From an uncultured Verrucomicrobiales bacterium (GTDB lineage Bacteria > Verrucomicrobiota > Verrucomicrobiia > Verrucomicrobiales > DEV007), in assembly GCA_938091905.1 (NCBI GenBank), contig CALKOM010000035.1, positions 1 to 53,334 of the forward strand: a stretch of 53,334 nucleotides of DNA, given 5' to 3'. Each line of letters opens with the position of its first letter. Within the stretch, counting starts at the first letter, position 1. Shown here one piece after another: positions 1 through 10,676 of this stretch. Made by a program: the position numbers and the translations under genes. Under the pieces are notes generated by a model that saw only the letters and a program-made list of their open reading frames with translations, was not told the origin of the DNA and made no database searches.

Positions 1-1362
1 AACTATCTCTATCATCAAAAGGACGGCGGCAAGTTTGACCTGGTGTCTGGCTTGAAGCCGCCAACGATGCAGGTCGCCAAAGCAGGCTGGGGCTGGGGCG
101 GGCAGTTCGCCGATTTCAACAACGACGGCTGGCTGGATATCTATTCGCTCAACGGCTACTTCACCGCGCCCAAGGAGGTGGCGACCGAGGTCGACTTGTG
201 AAGTAACCTCTGGCGCACGTTCGTGCGCACCGATGAAAGCGTCTCCCGCAAGAGTTTCCGCTTTTCCGACGAATGGAAACGGAGCGAAGGCGGTGCGGAA
301 CTGACCCCAGAGATCGACAGTCGTCTGGCCGGTGGCGAAATGCGTAACGGTCGCTATGTCGCCCATTCGCTCAGCGGCAATGAGCGCAACAAGTTGTTCA
401 TGAACAGCGCGGGCAAGTCGTTTAGTGACATGTCAGGAATTTCGGGGCTGGACAACATTGGGGACGGTCGTGGTTTCGCGCTCTTCGACTACAATCGCGA
501 CGGTCGGCAGGACATCGCCCTGGTGAATGCTAACGCGCCGTTATTCAATCTCTACCGCAATGCGATGAAGAATCACGGCAATGTCATTGCTGTTAGGTTC
601 GAAGGTAGCAACAACGCTGCTTCTCCATCAAAGGCACAGACCAACCGTGACGGTTTCGGTGCCACGGTCATTGCTCAAGTCACCAACGGCCCGACCCTGA
701 AACGCGAGCACCGTTGTGGCGAAGGATTCTCCGCCCAGAATAGCAACACGATGCTGATCGGTATTGGCAGTGCTGAAAGTGTCTCACGTCTAACAGTGCG
801 TTGGCCATCGTCAAGGCAGGTCTACACATTACAGAATGTCGCCGCAGGAGCCCTGGTCACGGTGCGCGAAAGTGCTAGCAAACCATTCGACGTGAGCACC
901 TATCTCAAGTCGCTGCCAGTGGCTGATCGCCAAACAACCGAACGACCAACGTTTGCGGTCGCCGCACGTGACATTGGCGCAAAGCCAGGCACGAAACTCC
1001 GCCTCTACGTCACCACGGCCACCTGGTGCGAAGCCTGTCTTCGCCACTTGCCGCAAATCAATGCCATGACCAAACAGCTTGCTGCAGATGGCATCGAAAT
1101 CTTCGCCATCCCAATCGATCCAGAAGACAACCAAGCCAAGCTTGAGAAGTATCTTGCGAAATGGAAGCCAGCCTATCAGCTGATGAGCGACTTGCCGGTC
1201 ACGGAGCGTGCTACAGTAGGCGCTTTCCTCGCCAAACACACGGGAACCGAAGGCCCACCTCTTCCATCATCGGTCGTCACGGACGCTGAGGGTAAGGCAT
1301 TGTTAGTTACTGCTGGGATCCCGACTGTTTCAGATCTGCGGCGTTTGTTGGATCGAGAGTAG
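1..1362 (+). CDS. 5'-partial FG-GAP repeat / ASPIC-UnbV (CRTAC1-like) protein with C-terminal TlpA-like thioredoxin domain; in-frame UGA at 199-201 (candidate selenocysteine)
   Basis: Frame 1 is open from base 1 (NYLYHQKD...GWGWGGQFADFNNDGWLDIYSLNGYFTAPKEVATEVDL) to TGA 199-201 and continues in the same frame (SNLWRTFV...) into the listed ORF 223..1362. It has FG-GAP motifs DFNNDGWLD and DYNRDGRQD, an ASPIC/UnbV-like segment (NRDGFGATV...GEGFSAQN...VRWPS), and WCEAC plus a downstream LP motif of a Trx fold. Confidence 0.8.
213..228 (+). promoter_or_regulatory. Candidate bacterial SECIS hairpin
   Basis: GCGCAC-GTTC-GTGCGC forms a perfect 6-bp stem starting 11 nt after the UGA (199-201), with G then U as the first loop bases. 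Confidence 0.65.
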
Positions 1363-1607
1363 CGTCGCCGCGCCCGTGCTGTGTGAAACTTCCGATGAAG
1401 ATGGCCAAATGGTACACGAGGTCAAGGCAACACAGGAAAAGAGTAGAGCTCTGAGACGTTAAAAGGCATTCCCAATTTTTAACGTAATGTTAGACTGGTA
1501 TTCGATATTTCGCGTCGTTTTGGATAACAATCAAGGGCATCGATAAGTTGCTAGGATCTCTTATTAAAGCTCTGTTAGTTGTTGCTCCGTGACGTTGAAG
1601 GGTGCTT

Positions 1608-4600
1608 CTACTTCGCGGGCGAGAACTTAAAGTAGTCAATATCGCCGATGCTGTTCGAGGGGCCATTCTCGTCCATGATCGCGCGGATGGTGTGGATGCC
1701 TTTCTTGAGTTGGACACCTTTATGCGAGATGGTTTTGAGAATGGTCCAGCCGCCTGTGTCCGGGATGCGAATGGGCCCGGTGAGATCTTCGCCCTCAATT
1801 TCAAGGTGAAACAAGCCGCCCTGTTTGTCCGAGGCCACGGGCATGGTGATCTGATAGACTCCATCCTTGGCTACTTCAACCGTGTAGTGCAGCCACTCAC
1901 CCTTTCTCGTCCAGCCGATGCCGTGACCATTGGAGGCGTCGTCTCGCTTCTCGATATCGACCTGCGTGTTCTTCCGATAGTCGGTACCCTGGTTCTGTGG
2001 ATCGTTGTCATGATAGGCTAACTCAGCGGGTCCCTCGTCGTAGTGCTCGGCTTCGATGGTGCCTGGAATGGCGTGTGGCTTGCCTCCATAAGGGCCCGGC
2101 TTGGGAGCGACCTCGGTGCCTACATGGATAACTGACCAGTCGATGCCATCCTCGATCGGGCCGCTCTCTTTGGGGATGAGCCGAATGGTTCTGAGATCGA
2201 TCAAGGATCCTGCTTGAAAAGGGCCATCGCTCTTAGCGACCAGCCTATGAGTGCCTGCGACCAGGTTAAGGCTTCCCACCTGACCCCAGCGATAGTCGTC
2301 CCAAGTGCCTGTAGCCGGGACATCGGCACTGAGGGTCTTGTTGGCGACGGCGAAGAGGATGCGCCCGTCGTCGCTGCCAGCCTGGAGGGCCCAGTCGACC
2401 CAGAGGTCAAAGTCGCCGTCTTCGCTAAGGTGAAAGGTCCATTCGGCGCGATCCCGTTCGCTGCTCCAGAAACCGAGGTTTCGATAGCGCTGCTCAAAGA
2501 GGATGTTTGGGCCGTAGACTTCGGCGACTGAGGCTGGAAGCGTGACGGTGCTGTCGTTGGCCTGAGACATGAGCTTTGGTTCGTTGTTCTCAAACTTCTT
2601 TCGTGGTTCACCGGCGACTTGCAAGTAGGCGAGAAGATCGGTCATGGCGCTTACGGAAATCGACGCTTCAAGTCCCTCTGGCATGAGTGAGAATCCCATC
2701 GATTTGAGTGAGGCCAAGTCGGTGCGGGGTACTTGGTGACGCACGCCATCGATCCCGACAAGCGTGATGGACGCGCTGGTTTCCTCGACCAAGGCACCTG
2801 CCAGGGTTCTCTCATCCTTGATGGTGGCGACGAACTGCATCCAGTTCTCTTGAACCGATTGATTGGGATCGAGAATCGCCGTGAGGTAAGTTTGAGGGGT
2901 ACGCGTTGTGAGGGCGGCTATGTCAGGGCCGATGGCGTTGCCAATCCCGTCCAGGACATGGCAAGCAGCACAGTGGGTGGCGAAGACTTCGCGCCCTTTT
3001 TGCCGGTCACCCGCGATGGAAAGCGCGCTCGTGTAACGTTGGATGACCTCCGCACGATTGCGATTGGTTGCTCCGCCTAGCAGTGTCTCTGCTTGCTTCC
3101 GAATGGCTTCGTTCTCGTGGCGAAGCAGTCGCTGCCTTCTGGTCGCGTCAAGGGAGGCTCGCAGTTCACGATTCACCGCGAGTTCAGCAAAGAAGTTGGG
3201 CAGCTGATCTTCTCGTTTCAAGAAGCCGTCTACTAACGCTGATCGAACTTTAGGTCCATATTTGGGCCAATCAGCGAGCAATTGCCTGGTCATCGTGGGG
3301 TCATTCCCGTTGAGGAGCGCCTGGACGGCGGCAATTTGCAGCTCAACAGGCGTGCTCAGATCGAGGAGTTTCGTCAGTCGACTCCCATCGATTTCAGGAA
3401 ACTTATGTCCTGATGTCAGGAACGCCACCGAGGCGAGGCGATTTTCCAATGAGGCCCGCGAATCATCGATCGCCGTTCGCGCCGCCGCGAGCATGGGAGC
3501 CATTTCCTCTTTGAGTGACGCGAGGTTGTCGACGGTTGCCAGGATCTTGGAGGCGACCTCATATTGCCAGGCTTGGTAAGCGTCGTTGGCGTCTGCTTTC
3601 GCAACTCGAGCAAGAAGACGCGGCACGAGACGCCGGGCATCACTTCCCAAGAGTTCCATTAAGGCATTGGTGAGAGCCGCGGTGCTTGGCGTTCGCTCAG
3701 CCTCGAGCACGGTGAGGAGGACTTCATCGGGGAAACGAGCCGCAGACGTGAGGGCCGCCGCGCGAAGATAGGGGCGTTTCGCTTGAACCAAGAGAAAGGT
3801 TGCCAGGGCTTTGCCGGCTCGCGGATCGTTCCAGGAACCGAGAGACAGCGCCGCTTGTCGTTGCACGTGAGCGTCGTCGTCTTGGAGAAGATGCAGCGCG
3901 AGAAGCCCGAGGCGTTCTTCCTGACCAATGAGCCGTTCTCCCACACGCAGGGCATGAAGGCGCACGCCTGGATGGGAATCGTTGAGACCTGCTTGCACGT
4001 CGTCTGCGGTCAGCGTGTTGGTGTCTGCTAGGGCGCTCAGAGCTTGTAGCCGTGCCTGCGGCAGGGTGCTGGCGAGGACCTGACGCAGGGACGCCGTCGC
4101 CTCGCCCTGCTTGGCATCGTCCAACCAGGTGAGCATCATGTGCGCGGTATCGCGCTGCCACCCGTTTGGCGAATCTAGGGCTTTGGCGAGGACCGCTGGT
4201 TTCAGTCCTGCGAGTTTGACTGGGGTTCTTAGCGTCTGCCCCTTGGGATGGATTTTATAAATGCGTCCCCGATCTTCTCCTGCGCGGAGGCGACCATCGG
4301 CAATCATTTCGCGCTCGAGACGATCATCGATCCATTCAGGATGCTCGATGACGAGTCGGTAAAGATCCGCTACATAAAGTGCTCCGTCAGGACCCGTGCG
4401 GAGTGCGGTTGGGCGAAACCAGGAATCGCGACTGCGGAGAAACTCGCTTTGCGATTCGTCGGCCGCGCGCCTCGTTTGCATGAGGACACCATTCCATTCA
4501 ATGACATCGCGATGGATACAATTGTGAACCGGGCAGGAGAAGTAGACTGACGGTTCAATAAGATTATCAAAGAGTTGATCGCGATAAAACGTGTACCCGC

Positions 4601-7262
4601 AGCCTGAGGTGAGTTTGCCAGGCGATCCGGCTGGCGGCGGCACGTAACCCTCCCAATGACTCAACACTTGGCTGAGAGGAAAGAGATCAATCACGCCATG
4701 CAAACTCTGCTTGGCCGAAGGTTGGGCGACCTTGGGGGCGCGTTTCACATCGTGATCTTCAAGAGCGATCTGCCATCCAAAGGAGTTGTTGCCCGCGATC
4801 CAGTTTCCCCAGTCATCACGATTTCGCCCATGCTGCGTCATGCCCGTGGCGTGTTCGATTTCGCCAGTGTCAGGACGGATACGTAAGTCAAAGCCACCTC
4901 CGAGATCTAACGCTTTGCCCGTCTTGGTGGATCGAATGGCTCCACCACTATCGCCATTGGCGACATAGATCCAACCATCGAGCCCCCAGGCCAAGCCGTT
5001 GCCTCGGTGCTGTTCATTGCCACGGCCAAAGCCTTCGTAAAGAACCGTTCTTTCGTCTGCGACGCCGTCGCCTGTCGTGTCACAGAGAAACCAGATGCAC
5101 GGCGGGGCCACGGCAAGCACGCCATCACGCCAGGGGAGAACGGTATTGGACGTTTCCAAGCCATCGGCAAACACGGTCCGTCTATCATAGGCGCCATCCT
5201 CATCGGTATCTGTGAGGGCGACCACGCGTGAGCCTGGTTTGCCCGCATGATCCAGCCCATTCGGATAACAGGCGAACTCAGCAATCCAGAGTGTTCCGTC
5301 AGGACCCCAAGCGACATCCACCGGATCCATGACGAGGGGTTCTGCCGCCACCAATGCAATCTCAAAGCCGGGGCGCGTTTCCATGGAACGCAATGAGGCT
5401 TGAGGCGAACGCGGTTGACTCACGTGATCACCCATCAGATCGGCAAAGCTTCGTTGATCAATGTGATGGGGGAGGAGAGCCCCCGTGTCTTCGTTCTGCC
5501 AATAGAGATGGCCTCGCTTGATCCACGCCCCATTGTTCGTTCCATTCTTGCGGACAATGGCAGGAATTACTCGGCGATCACGGGAATGCTCTTCGTTCTC
5601 ACGCGTGCCGCTTACACCTTGCTTCGACCAGCCTTCTTCCATACTGGCAAACAGCCAGGTGCTAAAGGAATCTCCGTCCGAGTGAATGATATCTAGATTG
5701 CCGTCCTGGTCGAGGTCGGCGAAGCGCAGACCAGCGTCAGCGCCATCGTTGGTCACGATGGCCGTGCCCTCGGGGAGAGCGAAGGGAAGCTTCTTCCAAC
5801 CATCCTCACTTCTTTCAAAAGCCACAGAATGCCCTGTCATCCCAACGACTAATTCACAGATCCCATCGCCGTTGAGATCGAGCAGTCGGGCTCCACCATC
5901 GGCTCCATTTGTCTGGGGCGCTATCTTTTCAGAACGACCGAGCGACTTTTCATAAATCCATTCCTGGCCATCAAATCTCCAACCCATGACCGCGGCGTCA
6001 TGAATGGCAATCATACCCGCCAGACCGCTCTCATCGAAGATTCCAAAGCGGACGTTCCCATCAATGCGCCATGGAAACGAGCTTTCTTTCCAATTGCTGG
6101 TGGAGGGATCCCAAATCCGCGTGAGCTTGGCATTCGCATTGCCAATCACAACGTCCATGTAGCCATCTGCATTGAGATCGAGGAGGCGCACGCCATTGTC
6201 CTCACCGTTCTCGTCCCGCAGTGGATGGCCCCCTAGCAGATTCTTCACCATGAGGTCGTGCAGTTCGGGCATGTTCAGAAATTTGACCTTCTTACCGTGC
6301 GTATGATCCGCATGGTCCACCACTTCGACCATCTGATCATTGCGCATCCATTCGCCGGCATGGAAACACAGCGACACCGCACCGCGCTTGGCCACGGTGG
6401 CATCGATCGCCGCCTTGTAATCAGCGATCATGATAGGATTCTGAGCTCCGTAGAGTGCCTGACCGGTGTAATCGTTCGGATAGACAAAGGGCAATTCCAA
6501 GATCTTGTTCCCAATGACATAGGGGTAAGGATAGTCTTCAAGATAATTGACAAACCCCGTCATGAGATAGCGTGAGAATCGGTTCGCCCCGCCCATGTTC
6601 GGATCAAAGAGCGCCTTGGGCAGTTCAGGATCCTCCGTGGTAAAGACCATCCCCACACTGGTGCTCATGGACATGAAATGGCCCTTAGGAGACACGCCAT
6701 TGAGAATCTCTGCATAAGCTCTTGGGCTTGGCGTGTTCTGCCCATCCATGCACCCAAACCGAAAACCAACTGAACGATTGTTAGGAATTTGAGCTAACAA
6801 ATCAACGCAACCATGGTAATCGATCACAGCCCTGCGGAAACGGTGCCGTTGCAAGAGCGGGCAGGGATGCGTTATGGTATGCGTCTCCAGGGAAACGCCC
6901 TGCTGCAAGAACCACTGCATGTTCGGATGCGCTGGCTCAGGTTGATTGCACGTGATGCTAACGGGACCGCGCCCATCAATGTCCTGCAGACGGTCAATGA
7001 TTGGAGAGAGGTAATTTCTAAAATGCTGACCGTCCCCTGACATGTCATCAATTGCCAAGACAATGGCCGCTTCTACCCCCATTTCCCCGATCCATTGCGG
7101 CGTGATGAGCTTCGCCGATCCGCGATCCATCAGCCACGGGTTGTTTGGATCGTCGAGATAGGCCAGGCGATTCCCGACTGAGACCTCTCCCTGTGTCGAC
7201 TCCAGAAGGGGTAGGAAGCTTATTCCAAGGAGGAGGAAGGTACGAACGTCGAAGAGCTTCAT
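1608..7262 (-). CDS. Large secreted multidomain protein: polysaccharide-deacetylase-like domain, FG-GAP repeats, PVC-type dehydrogenase propeller, HEAT-like repeats, cytochrome c (CAACH) and C-terminal CBM6/35-like domains
   Basis: 1884 aa ORF with a signal peptide; LAIDD...HTITHP; DLNADGYMD, DLNGDGICE and DLDQDGNLD; AAEPLVMDPVDVAWGPDG...GPDGALYVADLYR; CAACH...GPDI...SLMPEGLE; IPGTIEAEHYDEG...GEWLHYTV. Confidence 0.85.
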   Translation of the reverse strand: MKLFDVRTFLLLGISFLPLLESTQGEVSVGNRLAYLDDPNNPWLMDRGSAKLITPQWIGEMGVEAAIVLAIDDMSGDGQHFRNYLSPIIDRLQDIDGRGPVSITCNQPEPAHPNMQWFLQQGVSLETHTITHPCPLLQRHRFRRAVIDYHGCVDLLAQIPNNRSVGFRFGCMDGQNTPSPRAYAEILNGVSPKGHFMSMSTSVGMVFTTEDPELPKALFDPNMGGANRFSRYLMTGFVNYLEDYPYPYVIGNKILELPFVYPNDYTGQALYGAQNPIMIADYKAAIDATVAKRGAVSLCFHAGEWMRNDQMVEVVDHADHTHGKKVKFLNMPELHDLMVKNLLGGHPLRDENGEDNGVRLLDLNADGYMDVVIGNANAKLTRIWDPSTSNWKESSFPWRIDGNVRFGIFDESGLAGMIAIHDAAVMGWRFDGQEWIYEKSLGRSEKIAPQTNGADGGARLLDLNGDGICELVVGMTGHSVAFERSEDGWKKLPFALPEGTAIVTNDGADAGLRFADLDQDGNLDIIHSDGDSFSTWLFASMEEGWSKQGVSGTRENEEHSRDRRVIPAIVRKNGTNNGAWIKRGHLYWQNEDTGALLPHHIDQRSFADLMGDHVSQPRSPQASLRSMETRPGFEIALVAAEPLVMDPVDVAWGPDGTLWIAEFACYPNGLDHAGKPGSRVVALTDTDEDGAYDRRTVFADGLETSNTVLPWRDGVLAVAPPCIWFLCDTTGDGVADERTVLYEGFGRGNEQHRGNGLAWGLDGWIYVANGDSGGAIRSTKTGKALDLGGGFDLRIRPDTGEIEHATGMTQHGRNRDDWGNWIAGNNSFGWQIALEDHDVKRAPKVAQPSAKQSLHGVIDLFPLSQVLSHWEGYVPPPAGSPGKLTSGCGYTFYRDQLFDNLIEPSVYFSCPVHNCIHRDVIEWNGVLMQTRRAADESQSEFLRSRDSWFRPTALRTGPDGALYVADLYRLVIEHPEWIDDRLEREMIADGRLRAGEDRGRIYKIHPKGQTLRTPVKLAGLKPAVLAKALDSPNGWQRDTAHMMLTWLDDAKQGEATASLRQVLASTLPQARLQALSALADTNTLTADDVQAGLNDSHPGVRLHALRVGERLIGQEERLGLLALHLLQDDDAHVQRQAALSLGSWNDPRAGKALATFLLVQAKRPYLRAAALTSAARFPDEVLLTVLEAERTPSTAALTNALMELLGSDARRLVPRLLARVAKADANDAYQAWQYEVASKILATVDNLASLKEEMAPMLAAARTAIDDSRASLENRLASVAFLTSGHKFPEIDGSRLTKLLDLSTPVELQIAAVQALLNGNDPTMTRQLLADWPKYGPKVRSALVDGFLKREDQLPNFFAELAVNRELRASLDATRRQRLLRHENEAIRKQAETLLGGATNRNRAEVIQRYTSALSIAGDRQKGREVFATHCAACHVLDGIGNAIGPDIAALTTRTPQTYLTAILDPNQSVQENWMQFVATIKDERTLAGALVEETSASITLVGIDGVRHQVPRTDLASLKSMGFSLMPEGLEASISVSAMTDLLAYLQVAGEPRKKFENNEPKLMSQANDSTVTLPASVAEVYGPNILFEQRYRNLGFWSSERDRAEWTFHLSEDGDFDLWVDWALQAGSDDGRILFAVANKTLSADVPATGTWDDYRWGQVGSLNLVAGTHRLVAKSDGPFQAGSLIDLRTIRLIPKESGPIEDGIDWSVIHVGTEVAPKPGPYGGKPHAIPGTIEAEHYDEGPAELAYHDNDPQNQGTDYRKNTQVDIEKRDDASNGHGIGWTRKGEWLHYTVEVAKDGVYQITMPVASDKQGGLFHLEIEGEDLTGPIRIPDTGGWTILKTISHKGVQLKKGIHTIRAIMDENGPSNSIGDIDYFKFSPAK

Positions 7263-7323
7263 AGCAGGAGATCAAGGTAACGCCGACTCCGATCTTGGGG
7301 AAGCCTCAACGTGAGAGATGGTC

Positions 7324-8478
7324 TCAGGGTGCCGCAGGTACATCGCCATCGCCTGTCGGCTCGCCGGCCATGAGCCAGGAGAGGTTGAACCGAGCCACGT
7401 GGGCCTGGGGGAGTTTGCCTTCAAAGTGCAGGTAGATCCAACCTTCGCTTGGTGTCTCAGGGCGTCCTGCGGAGAGTGAAGAATATTGAAAGGCGTCTTT
7501 CCACACGAGCCGCTTCAAAGGCCAGGTCTTGCCGCCGTCGAAGCTCACCCAGATCGTACCATGACTGCGACCCGATGGACTATCACAGTTACTATAGAGC
7601 ACGATGTCTCGGCCTGCGATGGGTAGGCGGATGAGGCCAGCGAAGCATCCGTAGTTGGTGTCCTGCGGTCCATCCGGCAGGATCTCAACGATCCGATAGC
7701 TGGTCCAGGTCTCACCACCGTCGTTGCTCCAAGCCTCGCGTCGTCGCAATGGCGGCTTCTTCGCGTTCCAATGCGAGCGGACATTGTAGTAGAGCCGACC
7801 GTCGGACAATTCGACGATTCCGGCTTCGCCGGTTCCCATCTCTGCAAACGGCTTGCTGGTCTTCCAGGTTTTCCCACGGTCGTCGCTGTAGATGGCGGTG
7901 GAGTAGTGCGTCGGCCAATGTTCTTTAGGGTAATTGGCTTCGCCGTAATGGCGGGCCGCGCGAATCAATCGGCCCGCGTGTTTGCCATGTCGCAAGGTGA
8001 TGCCGTGTTCATTCATGTGCATTGACGGCACGTTGCCTCGAGTGTCGGGACGAATGGTGACGTCTATCTTCTGCCAAGTCTTTCCGTCGTCTTGGCTGCG
8101 GTAGACCGACAAAGGAGCGGGCGGGTGCTTGTCTTCGGCAAATGCTAGGATATCTCCGGTGGTCTCGTCGACGGTCAAGCCCCCTGATTGAAAGGCTGGC
8201 TCCGCGATGATGATCTCGTCTCCCCAGGTCTTGCCGCCATTGACACTGCGACGCGCGAGAAGCTTCTTGTCTCCCAAGGTGGCCAGAACCGTCCCCGCCA
8301 GCGTGACCACAACGTTGGGGTGGCGTATTATGTTGAAGAGCGGCTGGACTTCCAGCTGGGGCTTGCCGAGAAAGACAGCGATCGGTCCTTCCATGGGGTT
8401 CTCTGCGGCAGCAAGCATGGGGGCAAAGCAGGCCAAGATGATGGACATGGCAGCAAAGGTGGGGCAGTGTTTTATCAT
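7324..8478 (-). CDS. Secreted sialidase-family (BNR/Asp-box, GH33-like) protein
   Basis: Signal peptide; RHP near the N-terminus (RIP-like); five Asp-boxes SVNGGKTW, SQDDGKTW, SDDRGKTW, SNDGGETW and SFDGGKTW; YSSL near the C-terminus. Confidence 0.85.
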   Translation of the reverse strand: MIKHCPTFAAMSIILACFAPMLAAAENPMEGPIAVFLGKPQLEVQPLFNIIRHPNVVVTLAGTVLATLGDKKLLARRSVNGGKTWGDEIIIAEPAFQSGGLTVDETTGDILAFAEDKHPPAPLSVYRSQDDGKTWQKIDVTIRPDTRGNVPSMHMNEHGITLRHGKHAGRLIRAARHYGEANYPKEHWPTHYSTAIYSDDRGKTWKTSKPFAEMGTGEAGIVELSDGRLYYNVRSHWNAKKPPLRRREAWSNDGGETWTSYRIVEILPDGPQDTNYGCFAGLIRLPIAGRDIVLYSNCDSPSGRSHGTIWVSFDGGKTWPLKRLVWKDAFQYSSLSAGRPETPSEGWIYLHFEGKLPQAHVARFNLSWLMAGEPTGDGDVPAAP

Positions 8479-8606
8479 GTTGTCCTCGAAGCTTTAGATT
8501 CAGATGGACCAGATCTCCTCAGAGTTACGTTTCGTTTGCAACGCTGGTGAGCATGTAGAGACTGGCCTCAGTAGATTCAACGGGTAGTCGAAGCCACAGG
8601 AGCAGG

Positions 8607-10487
8607 CTACCTCTCAACTAAAATTGAAACTATCGAGTTCACCGCCTTCTGGCCGAGCAACTTGTAGGCGGGACCTGTCCAGTGAAAGCAGTCGCCCTTG
8701 GCAAGGCTGCGCTTCGCGTCCAGCATGGCATAGAAGTCGTTGACTGGGACGCCCGCTTCCTTCATGACCTTGGCGGCGAGTCTATTGTGTTCGACGATGA
8801 TAGGATTGATCTGGGGCTCAAGTTGGGTTGGATTTCCCTTGGCCGTGACAGGGGTGCTGCTGGCCCAGATAAGTTTGGCTTTGGGCAGCTTCGTCTTGAG
8901 TACGTCGACATAGGCTTTTGTTAGGGGTTCGAAGGTGCCATCCGCAATTCGGCCTTCGGTCCAACCATGCAGGCCCATGTTGAAATGGACGACGTCATAA
9001 GGAGCATTGTTCGTGAGAAGGTCTGCCAACAATTTGTTAGTTCCTTCGGACTGCCAATGCGGGTTGACCCAGGCATCGACGTAAGCTTTGCCTTGCAGGG
9101 CGGTGACCACGCTCATGAAATACCCGTTTAGGATGGAGTCACCGATGAGCAAGACATGCGGACGCTTGGGATCGGTGACCTTGGCCTTGTCGAGCCGCCA
9201 GCCTTTGCCATCTGCGTGAAGCCGGGCGTCGGGCTCATGCGCCTTGGCTTGAATCAGTAGTGTAGCGGGCTTGCTAGTAATGGTGAGTCCTGGCACGGTG
9301 AGGAGACCTCGCGCATCGCTCTTGGCTTGGCCTTGAGAGGTGCCGAATTGCCAGCGAAAGCTTGTTCCAGGCGCATGCTTGAAGTTCTGCAAACGACGCA
9401 AGGAGACATCAGCGGTGGCCGTCTTGGGAATCTCGAACCTGGTCTGCAAATCATCGGCCGAGATTAGGAAAAGCGAGGTTTCCAACACCTCTGTGGTGTC
9501 TTCTAACACCTTCCAACGAAAGAACGCATTGATCTGTCCAGCTTCGTTGCTCTCGAGATCATCCGGCCAGGGAAGCGGCGAATTGGACGAGGCGTTGGTG
9601 AAGACGGGGTAGGCTTCATTCTTCTTCACACTTAACCAGTCGAAGGAATTGAGGAGGTCATTCACCTTCATGACCCTTGCTGAATTGTTCTCGTGACCGA
9701 ACGGGCCCCAGTAGAAAAGATAGGGGTACTTGCGTTCGTTCATCGCGTTCGCCAAACGATCGTGCCCGAACGACCAGTCATCGTTCTGAGCGGAGTAGTC
9801 GAGGCAGATCGGCGGATCGGGCAAGGTCATGCCTTCGGGAATCGATTTCGGCGGGAAGCATAGACGCTCGGCCACGTGGCCGATGCCAGCTGGCACATTC
9901 GCTTTGATCGCTGCGAACACGTCCCCATGCCGCATGCCAATCCCAAGCGCGCCGCTGCCGCCCATGGAATTTCCGGAAAGGTAGACTCTGTTAGGATCAA
10001 TCTTGTAGTGCTCGATGGCCCACGCGACGGTGTCAATGACACGCTTCTCGACGGGCACGGTGTCTTTGCCAGAATTCTTAGCCACTAACCCTTTGTCTCG
10101 GCGATGCATTCCGCCCCACCACCAGTCGTTGGCCTCATGCTTACGGCAATCGAGGAAGAGCGCGTAGTGGTCGTCGGGCGAGTGGTAGATATCGTGATCG
10201 CCGATTGTCTTCGTGCACTCAATGGAGGAGAAGGCATCGTGCCCGGCAGAGTGTAGGACAACATACAAAGGAGCGTTCTCGCGCGCGGTCTTCGGATGCA
10301 CCATGGCAAATGTGTCTACCTGCGGCGTCTTGTAGCCCCACTCCGGCTTCGAGGCGTGGTCGAACGTTTCCACCGCCCGGCCATTGATGGTCGAGTCCTT
10401 GGAGGAATCGATTTCAGGAGGCCACCCCGCGGCGAACAGTGAGAAGTTTCCGAGAAGAAGGAGGGTGAAGGTGAGTATCTGTTTCAT
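8607..10487 (-). CDS. Secreted alpha/beta-hydrolase plus SGNH/GDSL hydrolase fusion
   Basis: Likely start MKQILTF at 10487 gives a signal peptide; [11 protein letters not shown] nucleophile elbow; C-terminal LLIGDSI...FNMGLH...DCFHW SGNH blocks. Confidence 0.8.
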   Translation of the reverse strand: MKQILTFTLLLLGNFSLFAAGWPPEIDSSKDSTINGRAVETFDHASKPEWGYKTPQVDTFAMVHPKTARENAPLYVVLHSAGHDAFSSIECTKTIGDHDIYHSPDDHYALFLDCRKHEANDWWWGGMHRRDKGLVAKNSGKDTVPVEKRVIDTVAWAIEHYKIDPNRVYLSGNSMGGSGALGIGMRHGDVFAAIKANVPAGIGHVAERLCFPPKSIPEGMTLPDPPICLDYSAQNDDWSFGHDRLANAMNERKYPYLFYWGPFGHENNSARVMKVNDLLNSFDWLSVKKNEAYPVFTNASSNSPLPWPDDLESNEAGQINAFFRWKVLEDTTEVLETSLFLISADDLQTRFEIPKTATADVSLRRLQNFKHAPGTSFRWQFGTSQGQAKSDARGLLTVPGLTITSKPATLLIQAKAHEPDARLHADGKGWRLDKAKVTDPKRPHVLLIGDSILNGYFMSVVTALQGKAYVDAWVNPHWQSEGTNKLLADLLTNNAPYDVVHFNMGLHGWTEGRIADGTFEPLTKAYVDVLKTKLPKAKLIWASSTPVTAKGNPTQLEPQINPIIVEHNRLAAKVMKEAGVPVNDFYAMLDAKRSLAKGDCFHWTGPAYKLLGQKAVNSIVSILVER

Positions 10488-10584
10488 GGGCAGGGTTTCA
10501 TCAAGCATCCAACAACAAATGAAAACCAACTGTCGATGAAATCAGTGGGTCTTCTATCAGGCGTCTTGCTGCTCGCCTGCTCAG

Positions 10585-10676
10585 CAGCCATCGCTGAGCC
10601 CGCTGATCGCATCGTGGACCCCCACCTCGACAGCCATCGCTGAGCCCGCTGATCGCACCGTGGCCCCCCACCTAGA
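10585..10676. repeat. 46-bp tandem duplication
   Basis: cagccatcgctgagcccgctgatcgcatcgtggacccccacctcga (10585-10630) is followed by a near-identical copy (10631-10676). Confidence 0.95.

Noticed and set aside
10585..10676. CRISPR array
   Set aside because: It is a head-to-tail duplication with no unique spacer.
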